From: an uncultured Planctomycetaceae bacterium
GTDB lineage: Bacteria > Planctomycetota > Phycisphaerae > SM23-33
Direction: 5' to 3'
DNA length: 64,000 nucleotides
Assembly (NCBI GenBank): GCA_964401835.1
Contig: CAYNZP010000010.1
Location: forward strand, 9,312-73,311
In this document: piece by piece, positions 17,145 to 26,309 of the stretch
How the letters are laid out: each line of letters opens with the position of its first letter
How positions within the stretch are numbered: the first letter of the stretch is position 1
Notes under the pieces: model-generated
The model's database searches: none
The model's input: the letters and a program-made list of their open reading frames with translations, nothing else
What the model was told of the DNA's origin: nothing
Translations under genes and position numbers: made by a program

Positions 17145-19805
17145 ATGCAAAACCTCATTGATCCTCAACAAATAGCAGCTTGGCTGCAAATATTTATGCC
17201 ATCCGGCCAAGTGACTGAATTACGTGCTCTAAATGTAGTTCGCCCAGACTTTAGACGCCCTCACACGGAGAGCGGTTATTTCGATGATCCTTTCGCCTTA
17301 GCAAATGCCGCGGCAGGCATCACTTGTGCAAAAGGAATTTACTTTGTCCCAAACCCGATTAAGCCGGCTCTTCTGGCACGAGCTCAGAACCATCTTTATT
17401 GTCCAGGGCAGGGGGACAGTACAACAACTGATTCAGATATTGTGTCCAGGCGATGGTTGCTCGTCGACCTAGATCCGATACGACCAGCGGGGATTTCTTC
17501 TTCTCAGGTGGAACACGATATGGCTCGTCAGAAAGCGCGAGAGATCACCGCGTATTTGTGTAATTCGGGGTGGCCTTTACCGATTTGTGCAAGTTCCGGC
17601 AACGGTTTCCATCTGCTTTACCGTATCGATCTTCCAACTGATGACGGGGGCCTTGTAAAGAATTGCTTGGAAGTGCTTGCAGATTTCTTTGATGACGACA
17701 AGGTTACTGTAGATCGCAAGGTCTTTAATCCTGCACGCATTTGGAAGCTCTACGGAACACTGGCTTGCAAGGGGGACAATGTTCCTGAACGGCCACATAG
17801 GGTTTCTAAGATAATTTATGCATCAGATGAACTCAGTCTGGTTCCAAAAGAATATTTGAAAAGCCTTGTTTCCTCAAAAATGCAAGGCCAATCAACAACT
17901 GTCTCAACTATTACAGATAGCAAAGTCGATAATACAGCTAATTCAAAGAGTTCATTTGATCTTGAGCAATGGATAAAGGTCCATGAATTAGATGTTGTTG
18001 GACCACGGCATTGGGCCAACGGAGGGCGAAAATGGGTTTTTAACGAGTGCCCATGGAATCCTGAACACAATGATAGATCCGCTTTTATTCTCCAACTTCC
18101 CAATGGTTCCGTGAGCGCGGGTTGCCACCATAACGGCTGTGCTGGCAAGGGGTGGCACGACCTAAGGGACTTAGTCGAGCCTGGTTGGCGAAATCGCAAA
18201 GGCCCACAGTATGGCGACAAAACCGACAAAACCTTAAACTTTAGTGACGTTTTGTCGCTGTCGCAATCTTCTTTTGTTCCCTACGAACCTTTTCCGGTTG
18301 AGCTTTTCCCGGAACCAATCCAAACTTTTTTAAAGAGCGGAAGTTCGGCCCTTTGTTGCGACCCTGCCTATATAGCGACGCCCTTGCTGGCAGGATTGAG
18401 CGTAGCCATTGGAAACACTTGTAAAATCCAGTTAAAGAGGGGATGGACAGAGCCTGCTGTTATCTGGTCCGCAATCGTAGGTGATTCAGGCACCCTTAAA
18501 TCACCAGCAATTGATCTAGCCCTTAAGTTCATCAGGGAAAAGCAGGACGAAGAAATGCAGCTTTATAAAGCGGCTTGTGAAGATTACGAGCGGAATAAAG
18601 ATGAATATTTTCAAGCAATGGTGGATTGGAAGAAGAATCAAGAAGGTGAGGTCCCTAGCCAACCAGTTGAACCAATCTCAACCCGGTGGATTGTCGGGGA
18701 TATCACTGTTGAAAGCCTGGTTCAAATCCTTCAAAACTCAGAGCGCGGGCTTCTGCTTCTTAGAGATGAGTTGTCCGGCTGGATCAGGTCATTCGATCAA
18801 TATAAAAGTGGGAAAGCTGGCGATGCCGCACATTGGTTAGAGATGCATCGAGCTGCAACGTTGATCGTTGACCGGAAAAGTAGTGACCCAAAAACAGTTT
18901 ATGTGCCTCACGCAGCAGTTAGCGTAACGGGCGGAATCCAACCTGAAATATTACAACGTGTTTTGGGCCGGGAATATTTTGAAAATGGGCTGACTGCAAG
19001 GTTGCTTTTAGCCATGCCCCCACGTCAACCAAAAAGATGGAATGAACAAGAAGTTGATTCTTCCGTTGAACAAGCGATGGCAGGCTTATTCAAGAACCTT
19101 CTAAGCCTTCAGTTCAATAGTCAAGCTGAATCAACTGCTCGCCCAAACATATTACACCTAAGTGATTCTGGTAAGGTGGCTTGGGTCAAATTCTTCAACG
19201 AGCATGCCGACGAACAAAACGCGCTCTCTGGTGACGAGTCAGCCGCTTGGTCGAAGCTCGAGGGTTATGTAGCACGTTTTTCATTGATTATTCATTTAGT
19301 CCGGTGGGCAGTCCAGGATCCGAGTTTAGAAAATGCAAATGTTATTGATGAAAAAAGCATCACCTGTGGAGTAAAGCTTGCGAGATGGTTTGGCAATGAA
19401 GCACGTCGGGTTTATGCCGCTTTGAGAGAAACTCCAGAGGCGAAGGAAATCCGAAAGCTTATTGAAATGATTCAACGAAAAGATGGGCAAATATCTGTAC
19501 GTGAACTGATGCGGAATGGCCCGAAAGCATATCGTAAAAATGCGAAAGTAGCAGAAGTTGCTTTACAATCCTTGGCCGAAAAGGGTTTTGGAGTTTGGGT
19601 TGATCAACCGAGCACTTCTCACGGAGGTCGGCCAACAAAAGTGTTTGTGCTGAAGGTAAGCGGCGACGGCGACAAAACCGACGATTCCTTTGTAACCGAT
19701 CAAACCACTCCCTCGCAGAAATTTGAAATTATTTTGCCCACAGGGTCATTAACAGACTGGCCTGAGTTTGTTCCGATTAATTCTGAGGATAATAAGGGTA
19801 GATAG
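17145..19805 (+). CDS. Primase-like / DUF3987 replication protein
   Basis: N-terminal LVDLDP...SSGNGFHL primase-like motifs; CPW..H...CHH..C Zn site; GDSGTLKSPA P-loop and RDELSGW typical of DUF3987/YfjI. AAAGGAG SD. Confidence 0.82.
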   Translation: MQNLIDPQQIAAWLQIFMPSGQVTELRALNVVRPDFRRPHTESGYFDDPFALANAAAGITCAKGIYFVPNPIKPALLARAQNHLYCPGQGDSTTTDSDIVSRRWLLVDLDPIRPAGISSSQVEHDMARQKAREITAYLCNSGWPLPICASSGNGFHLLYRIDLPTDDGGLVKNCLEVLADFFDDDKVTVDRKVFNPARIWKLYGTLACKGDNVPERPHRVSKIIYASDELSLVPKEYLKSLVSSKMQGQSTTVSTITDSKVDNTANSKSSFDLEQWIKVHELDVVGPRHWANGGRKWVFNECPWNPEHNDRSAFILQLPNGSVSAGCHHNGCAGKGWHDLRDLVEPGWRNRKGPQYGDKTDKTLNFSDVLSLSQSSFVPYEPFPVELFPEPIQTFLKSGSSALCCDPAYIATPLLAGLSVAIGNTCKIQLKRGWTEPAVIWSAIVGDSGTLKSPAIDLALKFIREKQDEEMQLYKAACEDYERNKDEYFQAMVDWKKNQEGEVPSQPVEPISTRWIVGDITVESLVQILQNSERGLLLLRDELSGWIRSFDQYKSGKAGDAAHWLEMHRAATLIVDRKSSDPKTVYVPHAAVSVTGGIQPEILQRVLGREYFENGLTARLLLAMPPRQPKRWNEQEVDSSVEQAMAGLFKNLLSLQFNSQAESTARPNILHLSDSGKVAWVKFFNEHADEQNALSGDESAAWSKLEGYVARFSLIIHLVRWAVQDPSLENANVIDEKSITCGVKLARWFGNEARRVYAALRETPEAKEIRKLIEMIQRKDGQISVRELMRNGPKAYRKNAKVAEVALQSLAEKGFGVWVDQPSTSHGGRPTKVFVLKVSGDGDKTDDSFVTDQTTPSQKFEIILPTGSLTDWPEFVPINSEDNKGR

Positions 19806-19830
19806 TTTTAATTAAGGAGACACAAAAAAG

Positions 19831-20580
19831 ATGAAATCTAATAAGAATATTACAGGTACCAAAGAATGGGCGGTCCACAACGTGAATTGCTGCACCGGCT
19901 GCAATCATGATTGTATCTATTGTTATGCTCGTTCAATGGCTTTACGGTTCAAGCGAACTACGCCTGAATCGTGGCCTAATGAGATTATACGTGATGGACA
20001 AGTCAGTAAAGCTCGTAAGAAACTCAGTGGAACAGTAATGTTCCCGACCACTCACGATATCACTCTTGGCAATCTCAATGCTTGTGAGACAGTGCTAAAG
20101 AAACTCCTCGTAGCTGAGAATCGGGTCCTTGTAGTTTCCAAGCCGCATATGGAATGTATCGAAAGGCTATACCGGGCACTTGCAGAGTATAAAGACCAAA
20201 TACTCTTTAGATTCACTATTGGGGTGATTGATGATGAATTGCGATCCTTCTGGGAACCTGGTGCCCCAGCCTTTGATGAACGTTTAGCATGTCTGAAGTG
20301 CGCGTTTGAAGCTGGCTTTGATACCAGCGTAAGCTGTGAGCCATTACTGGAGCCTTGGAACGTCCAGAGCCTTGTAGAAGCCCTCAGGCCATTCGTGACG
20401 GACAGTATCTGGATCGGGAAGGCCAATCGACTTCAGCAAAGAACCCGATGGAAATACCCCAAGGGGCACGTTGAAGTAGAACGGCTGCTAAAGTGGCAAA
20501 CGGATGAAAAGGTGCTGGAAGTATATGAAATGTTCCAAAATGATCCTTTAGTGAAATGGAAGGAATCATACAAGGATTGA
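19831..20580 (+). CDS. Radical SAM protein (SplB/DUF5131-like, element-associated)
   Basis: TGCNHDCIYCYA CxxxCxxC motif, VSCEPLL; AAGGAG SD. Confidence 0.8.
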   Translation: MKSNKNITGTKEWAVHNVNCCTGCNHDCIYCYARSMALRFKRTTPESWPNEIIRDGQVSKARKKLSGTVMFPTTHDITLGNLNACETVLKKLLVAENRVLVVSKPHMECIERLYRALAEYKDQILFRFTIGVIDDELRSFWEPGAPAFDERLACLKCAFEAGFDTSVSCEPLLEPWNVQSLVEALRPFVTDSIWIGKANRLQQRTRWKYPKGHVEVERLLKWQTDEKVLEVYEMFQNDPLVKWKESYKD

Positions 20581-20722
20581 ATCGGATTAGCCCGTCCGGA
20601 AATGGCAGGTTTGGATGTTTAAGGTAGTCCGAAAATTACAACGATTATGTTGATTCGAATGTTAGATAAAAAAGAAAATATCTGTTAGAAGTTTTAAGTG
20701 AGATTATAGAGGTAGATAAGCC

Positions 20723-20935
20723 ATGGAAAAAAAAGAGAAGACAAAAAGACAAGCCTACCGGCTTGAAGAGGCAGCAGAGGTTATCGGTGTTTCTGGTAGA
20801 CATTTGCGCAAGTTCATCCAAAAGGGGCAATTGAAATCTTTTCATCTGGGACGTAGCTTACGCATTTCAGTCAATGCATTGGATGATTTCGTTCGCGCCC
20901 TTGAGAACAATCCAAAAGAAGAAGTTGGCGATTAA
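20723..20935 (+). CDS. Excisionase-like HTH_17 DNA-binding protein
   Basis: YRLEEAAEVIGVSGRHLRKFIQKGQLKSFHLGRSLRI, directly upstream of the integrase. Confidence 0.85.
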   Translation: MEKKEKTKRQAYRLEEAAEVIGVSGRHLRKFIQKGQLKSFHLGRSLRISVNALDDFVRALENNPKEEVGD

Positions 20936-20993
20936 GCAGCCGCAGCGGTAGGATTTCCTCAAGTGACTTGGGGAATAGTGAAGGAGACGGAAA

Positions 20994-22370
20994 ATGGCTA
21001 GGATTCATATTGATAAGAGGACCAAAAAGCCGACGCGATCTATTCGCTTTGACTTGAACGGAAAAGAACACGAAATCAGGTTTGGAAAAGTAACACAAAA
21101 ACAGGCAGAAAGTGCTCGGTTATTTATTGAAGATCTGATTAGCTCTAAATCAACAGGCAGTTCACCGCGTCCTGCAACTCAGGGATGGATATCGAACTTA
21201 CCCGACAAAATCCGCAAGAGAGTTGAAAGGGCAGGACTGATTGGGCCTCAGGAACATAAGGAATCGCCTTTTTTGGTTGATTGGGTCCAGAAATATATAA
21301 ACAGTCGAACAGATATAAAACCCAGTACTTTGAGCGGGTTTAAACAGGTTCATAGGAATTTGCATCAATTTTTCGGTGATACAAGACGATTGGATGATAT
21401 TTCTCCAAGCGATGCTGAGGATTTTAAGATATTTCTCAAGGAGGAAGGCTTGGCCGAAGCAACCATTCGCAGGAGATGCAGACGGGCTAAGCAATTATTC
21501 CGTAAAGCCGAAAGAATGAAACTGATAACTGAAAACCCCTTCATAGATATTAAGTGCGGGGATATTGCTAATGAGGCACGGAGATATTTCGTCAGCGAGG
21601 AAGAAATGGAGGCGGTGCTATCAGCCTGTCCCGATGTCCAATGGAAGATGATATTCGCATTGGCTCGATATGGAGGTTTGCGTACCCCTTCGGAAACTTT
21701 AAAACTCCGTTGGAAGGACATTAATTGGAACACAAAGCGGTTTATCGTTAGAAGCCCAAAGACGGAAGGGCATGGCAAGCCTAGCCGGAGAGTGCCGTTA
21801 TTCCCGAAGCTGCATGAAATTCTGCTTGAAGGCTTTGAACAGGCTCAAGAGGGGGACGAGCACGTCATAACCCGGTATAGCGACTCTAGGGCGAATCTAA
21901 GGACACAGGCCCACCGTATTATCAGGCGTGCAGGGCTTGAGCCTTGGCAGAAAGTATTTCAGAATTGCCGGTCGAGTTGTGAGACAGAACTGATGGAAAA
22001 TCCATTATTCCCAATTCAGGCGGTGGTCGCTTGGCTCGGTAATACTCCATCGGTAGCTCTCAAACATTATTTACAGGTTCGAGAAGAGCACTATCAAAAG
22101 GCGGTGGAAAAATGTCCCCCAAATACACCCCCTGAACACAGCGGAATAGCCCAGAATAATGCGGAACGCCAAGACGGTAGAAATCATAAAGCCTTGCCAT
22201 TCCGTTCTGTTCCTAAGTATTCACAAATAAAGGACTTACGGGACTCCCCGAGTAGGACTCGAACCTACAACCTAGCGGTTAACAGCCGCTCGCTCTACCA
22301 ATTGAGCTATCGGGGAAGATTATTTTGCAGAATACAGCAAACGCTACCAGAGGCTGCAAAAACTCAGTAA
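20994..22370 (+). CDS. Tyrosine recombinase / integrase
   Basis: SAM-like core-binding region; GGLRTPSE (R), SPKTE (K), FQNCR, WLGNT, KHY (Y). The 3' end reads through tRNA-Asn in antisense. Confidence 0.92.
   Translation: MARIHIDKRTKKPTRSIRFDLNGKEHEIRFGKVTQKQAESARLFIEDLISSKSTGSSPRPATQGWISNLPDKIRKRVERAGLIGPQEHKESPFLVDWVQKYINSRTDIKPSTLSGFKQVHRNLHQFFGDTRRLDDISPSDAEDFKIFLKEEGLAEATIRRRCRRAKQLFRKAERMKLITENPFIDIKCGDIANEARRYFVSEEEMEAVLSACPDVQWKMIFALARYGGLRTPSETLKLRWKDINWNTKRFIVRSPKTEGHGKPSRRVPLFPKLHEILLEGFEQAQEGDEHVITRYSDSRANLRTQAHRIIRRAGLEPWQKVFQNCRSSCETELMENPLFPIQAVVAWLGNTPSVALKHYLQVREEHYQKAVEKCPPNTPPEHSGIAQNNAERQDGRNHKALPFRSVPKYSQIKDLRDSPSRTRTYNLAVNSRSLYQLSYRGRLFCRIQQTLPEAAKTQ
22244..22316 (-). 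tRNA. tRNA-Asn (GTT)
   Basis: Reverse complement TCCCCGATAGCTCAATTGGTAGAGCGAGCGGCT-GTT-AACCGCTAGGTTGTAGGTTCGAGTCCTACTCGGGGAG folds as a cloverleaf; CCA not encoded. Confidence 0.96.
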
Positions 22371-22470
22371 AGCTCAAAACCCCGCCACCGCGGAGACGAG
22401 AGCACAATAACATAATAAATCATCCAAATAAGTCAAGACCCTGGCAAGCTATTTTCGCGCCTAAACCAAC

Positions 22471-23760
22471 TTAGGCAACAGAAATCTTGAATCCGGCGAT
22501 GATCTTATCCAGGCGTTTTTGCTTTTCGGCGTATCCGGACTGCTCGGTCTGGCGGGCAGTGTCGATTTCATCGAAATTATTGGCCAATGCCGAGACTATA
22601 TTAGCATCCAATGCGCCGTCGGCTGCCTGTCTTTCAAGAATGGAGAGAATTGTGTTTTTAGCCAGTCCTTTTCGATAGGGGCGCTCTTCTGAAAGTGCGG
22701 TGAAGCAATCCGCGACAGCCATGATACGGGCACCCAGTGTCAAGTCGCGTGCCTTATGGCGGAACGGATAGCCGGTACCATCCAAACGTTCGTGATGGAA
22801 CGCAGCCCATTCGCTTATCTGCGGCATGCCACCGATTGTTTTGAGAATCATGAAGGTGTCATAAACATGAACCTTCATAATACTCCATTCTGCCGGGGTT
22901 AGCTTGCCGGGTTTATTGAGAATTCTGGTTGGCACTTTGAGTTTTCCCAAATCGTGGAGATAGCCGGCTGCTCGCATCAGCCCCAGCTCTCGTGGCGAAA
23001 AGTTGGACTTTTCTGCCAGGACGACAGCGCTGGCAGAAACACCTGCAGAATGTGTAGCTGTCCATGGACTCAAAGAGTCAACGATTCGGCCGAACATTTC
23101 TGCAATTGGGCCCAGCGTTTTTTCATCTATGGATAAATTAGGCCAATCTATCTGATCCAGCAATATGCTGTAGATTCGATCTGAAACAACATCAAGCCAG
23201 AAAGCATCCGGTTCAGAAATCTCACGAAAGACTTCGATACAGTCTGGATGAAACCTTCTTCCCGACAACATTGTGATTTGATTTGTTATTTTTTCTGCCT
23301 GATCAAGTATATGAGCATCGCGGTTAATAGATCGCTCAACAGCATCTGCAATCGCGATTATATGACTGGAAAGTGGTACGGCCTGACCGTTTCTCTCTGC
23401 CCCCTTGCCATTCGACCAGAAAATATGGTGGTGGAGAATGATCTCGGCTGCCTGCCTTAAAAGGGGGTTGTCTTTGAGCAATTCATACCCCACCTCGGAG
23501 TGCCATGAAACAGCTTCCAGTTTCCGCAGATGCAACCCCTTTATGCGGTTTTCGACACGAAGCATACCGATATCGTGCAAGGCAGCGGCATGGAACAGAG
23601 TAATTAATTCCGACGTCTGCATCCCCAGTTTCCGGCCTATATGGAGACTGATATATGCCACGCGGTGCTGGTGGTCAGTTATGTCCGGATGGATACAGTC
23701 CAGAGCCTTTGAAAGCGACAGGACGAGTCTGTGAAGCGGAACACAAGTGTTTATTATCAT
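22471..23760 (-). CDS. Tandem HD / HD-GYP cyclic-dinucleotide phosphodiesterase
   Basis: Two HD domains (LHDIG, LHDLGK); HHERLDGTGYP; RPYR. Confidence 0.9.
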   Translation of the reverse strand: MIINTCVPLHRLVLSLSKALDCIHPDITDHQHRVAYISLHIGRKLGMQTSELITLFHAAALHDIGMLRVENRIKGLHLRKLEAVSWHSEVGYELLKDNPLLRQAAEIILHHHIFWSNGKGAERNGQAVPLSSHIIAIADAVERSINRDAHILDQAEKITNQITMLSGRRFHPDCIEVFREISEPDAFWLDVVSDRIYSILLDQIDWPNLSIDEKTLGPIAEMFGRIVDSLSPWTATHSAGVSASAVVLAEKSNFSPRELGLMRAAGYLHDLGKLKVPTRILNKPGKLTPAEWSIMKVHVYDTFMILKTIGGMPQISEWAAFHHERLDGTGYPFRHKARDLTLGARIMAVADCFTALSEERPYRKGLAKNTILSILERQAADGALDANIVSALANNFDEIDTARQTEQSGYAEKQKRLDKIIAGFKISVA

Positions 23761-24009
23761 TGCCTCTTGTCCTTTGTCAATAAACTCTAACTCTCTGAAT
23801 TCATCGGCAATTACATAACCCAAGATAAGTAAGGAGATAAAAAATCCCTTTTTTCAGAACCAACGGAACGGAATTTGGAGATTCGGAAAAAGATTGCCTT
23901 TTTTCGGAATTTGACGAAGATATATGCCTGATTTCTCGGCTCGTAAGCCTTACCTGTGAAAGTGAGGAAAATGCCGTAAGTAGAAGTTTGAGATTACCCG
24001 GAAATTTTC

Positions 24010-24321
24010 ATGCGTATTCGTTGCTTTGATTGCCGAAAGAAGATTCAAATAGACGAAGCCTTTGCCGGTGGTATTTGCCGCTGTCCGTTCTGTAAGTCGA
24101 TGATTTCTGTGCCGCAAAAGAAGAGAAAGAATAAATGTCCGGAAAGGCCTTTGGAACCTTCAGCCAAGGCTGATTCTTCAAACTTGCAGGCTCAAAAATC
24201 TATCCAGCCTGAGCAGATTCCCATAGCCGACCCCGCAAAATTCGTGGGCATCTTAAAACTTGCAATCACCGGCGCTCTTGTCGCGGCCGGGGCGGTAGTG
24301 GCATTTTTCATTTTCACATAA
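24010..24321 (+). CDS. Zn-ribbon protein with C-terminal TM helix
   Basis: CFDC...CRCPFC and a hydrophobic C-terminus. Confidence 0.7.
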   Translation: MRIRCFDCRKKIQIDEAFAGGICRCPFCKSMISVPQKKRKNKCPERPLEPSAKADSSNLQAQKSIQPEQIPIADPAKFVGILKLAITGALVAAGAVVAFFIFT

Positions 24322-24448
24322 TTTTGCCCACCGAGAAATTTTAAAAAATCACTAACTCAAGCCTTGCTTAGAAGCGATTAAACGGCTATTGATATGAACC
24401 TTTGAGTCAAAATTTTGGCAGTTTTGTTGTCGTTTAGGAGAGTTAAGG

Positions 24449-25246
24449 ATGATCATTATCGGTGAAAAGATTAATGCGACACGTAAATCTATCGCGGCAG
24501 CCCTCGAGGCACGCGATGCGGATATGATAATCAAGACCGCAAAGGAGCAGGCCGACGCAGGCGCAAATTACATAGACATCAATGGCGGCGACCCCCGTGA
24601 AGGTCAGGAAGCCAAAAACATGGAATGGCTGGTTGATCTGGTGCAGGAAAATGTCGACATTCCGCTGGCCATTGATACTGCCGATACAAACGCGATGAAA
24701 TTAGGGCTTTCCAAAGCTAAGAAACGTCCGATCCTTAATAGTATTTCGCTTGAAGAAGACCGCTTGGGGCCGATGCTTCCGATAGCTACTGAGCACGACT
24801 GCATGGTTGTAGCGTTGCTGATGAGCGACAGCGGCACACCGAGCGGCATTGATGACAGGTTCAACAATGCCAAACAGCTCATAGGAAAGCTCACTGATAT
24901 CGGCAAAAAGATTGAAGATATCATTGTTGATCCATGCTTTCTTCCTGTTTCAACCGATGGCCAGGCAGGCAGAACAGTTGTCGATGCCATCCAGAAAATC
25001 CATGAAGAGTGGCCCGGAATTCACATCGGTGGCGGTTGCTCCAATATCAGCTTCGGCCTGCCGAAGAGAAAACTTGTCAACTTTGCACTGCTAAGCCAGG
25101 CGATTTACCACGGTATGGACGCGGGTCTGATAGATCCTTGTATACCGGGAATAATGTCTACCATTTATTCTGCAGAGGCTGTGGCTGGAAAGGACGACTT
25201 CTGCATGAATTACGTGATGGCCGAGCGAGAAGGCAAACTCGGTTAA
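24449..25246 (+). CDS. Pterin-binding methyltransferase (AcsE-like methyltetrahydrofolate:corrinoid methyltransferase)
   Basis: IIIGEKINATRK, IDIN, AIDT, ILNSIS, VDP, GCSNISFGLP. Confidence 0.85.
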   Translation: MIIIGEKINATRKSIAAALEARDADMIIKTAKEQADAGANYIDINGGDPREGQEAKNMEWLVDLVQENVDIPLAIDTADTNAMKLGLSKAKKRPILNSISLEEDRLGPMLPIATEHDCMVVALLMSDSGTPSGIDDRFNNAKQLIGKLTDIGKKIEDIIVDPCFLPVSTDGQAGRTVVDAIQKIHEEWPGIHIGGGCSNISFGLPKRKLVNFALLSQAIYHGMDAGLIDPCIPGIMSTIYSAEAVAGKDDFCMNYVMAEREGKLG

Positions 25247-25273
25247 TTTCCGTCATCAAGGGCAGCGACAGGT

Positions 25274-25313
25274 AGTAAACGGAAACTGGTTAAGCGCCGA
25301 ACCGTTTACTTTT
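25274..25313 (+). terminator. Putative terminator
   Basis: AGTAAACGG/CCGTTTACT stem followed by TTT. Confidence 0.45.
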
Positions 25314-25388
25314 GTTCGCGACTCTTTTTTTATTCTAATCATTCTGCCACTTGCCAGTTAAGTTTCTGGTTGTTATCCTTCTTTGAAC

Positions 25389-26120
25389 ATGTCCGTAACT
25401 AAAAGCAAGATTAGGAAGAATCTCGAACAGATCAGCGAAAACATCGCTGCAGCCTGCGATCGCTCCAAGCGCCAGCTGGAAGAAGTCCGTATCATCGCGG
25501 TTACTAAGACGGTAGGGTCGCCCGAGATAAAGAGTCTGCTGGATCTTGGCGTGAGAGATTTTGGCGAGAGCCGGGCCAAACAGCTCTATGACCGCGCTAC
25601 CGAGCTTAACGGCTATTTTCAGAGAAGCCGTAACAGCGATATTTCTGCCGACCATGTGAATTGGCACATGATAGGCCATCTCCAGCGTAACAAGGTCAAG
25701 GCAGTGTTGGAAGTTGCAGACGTTGTCCATTCGATAGATTCTCTACGTCTGGCCGAGGAACTCAACTTGCGGGCCGAGCGCATGGGCCGAGTCGTTGATG
25801 TGATGATGCAGGTCAACTGTTCACAAGAACCCCAAAAGTTTGGTGTGCCGGTTGGTGCAGCGACGCATCTTGGCGATATGATCTGTACGATGAAAAACCT
25901 GCGATTGGTCGGCCTGATGACGATGGCTGAGCTGGTCGAAGATCCGGAAAAGGCCCGCCCGGCATTTGTCCGTCTGCGTGAGCTTTTCGATGAAATGAAG
26001 AAGGAAAAGATCGGCGGGGAAGCCTTCGAGCACCTCTCAATGGGGATGAGTAACGACTACCAGGTAGCTGTCGAGGAAGGGGCGACGCTTCTCCGCATCG
26101 GCACGGCACTTTTTGAATAA
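25389..26120 (+). CDS. yggS: PLP homeostasis protein YggS/PROSC
   Basis: [35 protein letters not shown]. Confidence 0.93.
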   Translation: MSVTKSKIRKNLEQISENIAAACDRSKRQLEEVRIIAVTKTVGSPEIKSLLDLGVRDFGESRAKQLYDRATELNGYFQRSRNSDISADHVNWHMIGHLQRNKVKAVLEVADVVHSIDSLRLAEELNLRAERMGRVVDVMMQVNCSQEPQKFGVPVGAATHLGDMICTMKNLRLVGLMTMAELVEDPEKARPAFVRLRELFDEMKKEKIGGEAFEHLSMGMSNDYQVAVEEGATLLRIGTALFE

Positions 26121-26184
26121 TCTGACGAACTCTTAACTACTCAACGCTTCAATTATCGCTTTGCAGAAGGCAAGCAGGTCGTCT
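25957..26184 (+). repeat. Direct repeat, copy 1 (228 bp)
   Basis: Matches 27908-28135 with only two mismatches seen, both near the right end. Confidence 0.95.
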
Positions 26185-26309
26185 TAACTCGGAAAATCTA
26201 CCAATATCTAATTAAGAACTAAGATGGAAATGCCGAATAAGGTCATATAAGCCTTTCTTTCATGGGGTAAAGGGTCATAGGCTAAGTTTTTGATTATAAG
26301 GGGTGTGAG

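Larger units (their letters stand above)
1..22316. mobile_element. Integrative element / genomic island inserted at tRNA-Asn (left end outside window)
   Basis: Tyrosine integrase and excisionase-like HTH abut the 3' end of tRNA-Asn. Primase/DUF3987 replication gene and accessory cargo lie to the left, housekeeping genes to the right. No second copy of the tRNA 3' end was seen in the window. Confidence 0.88.
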
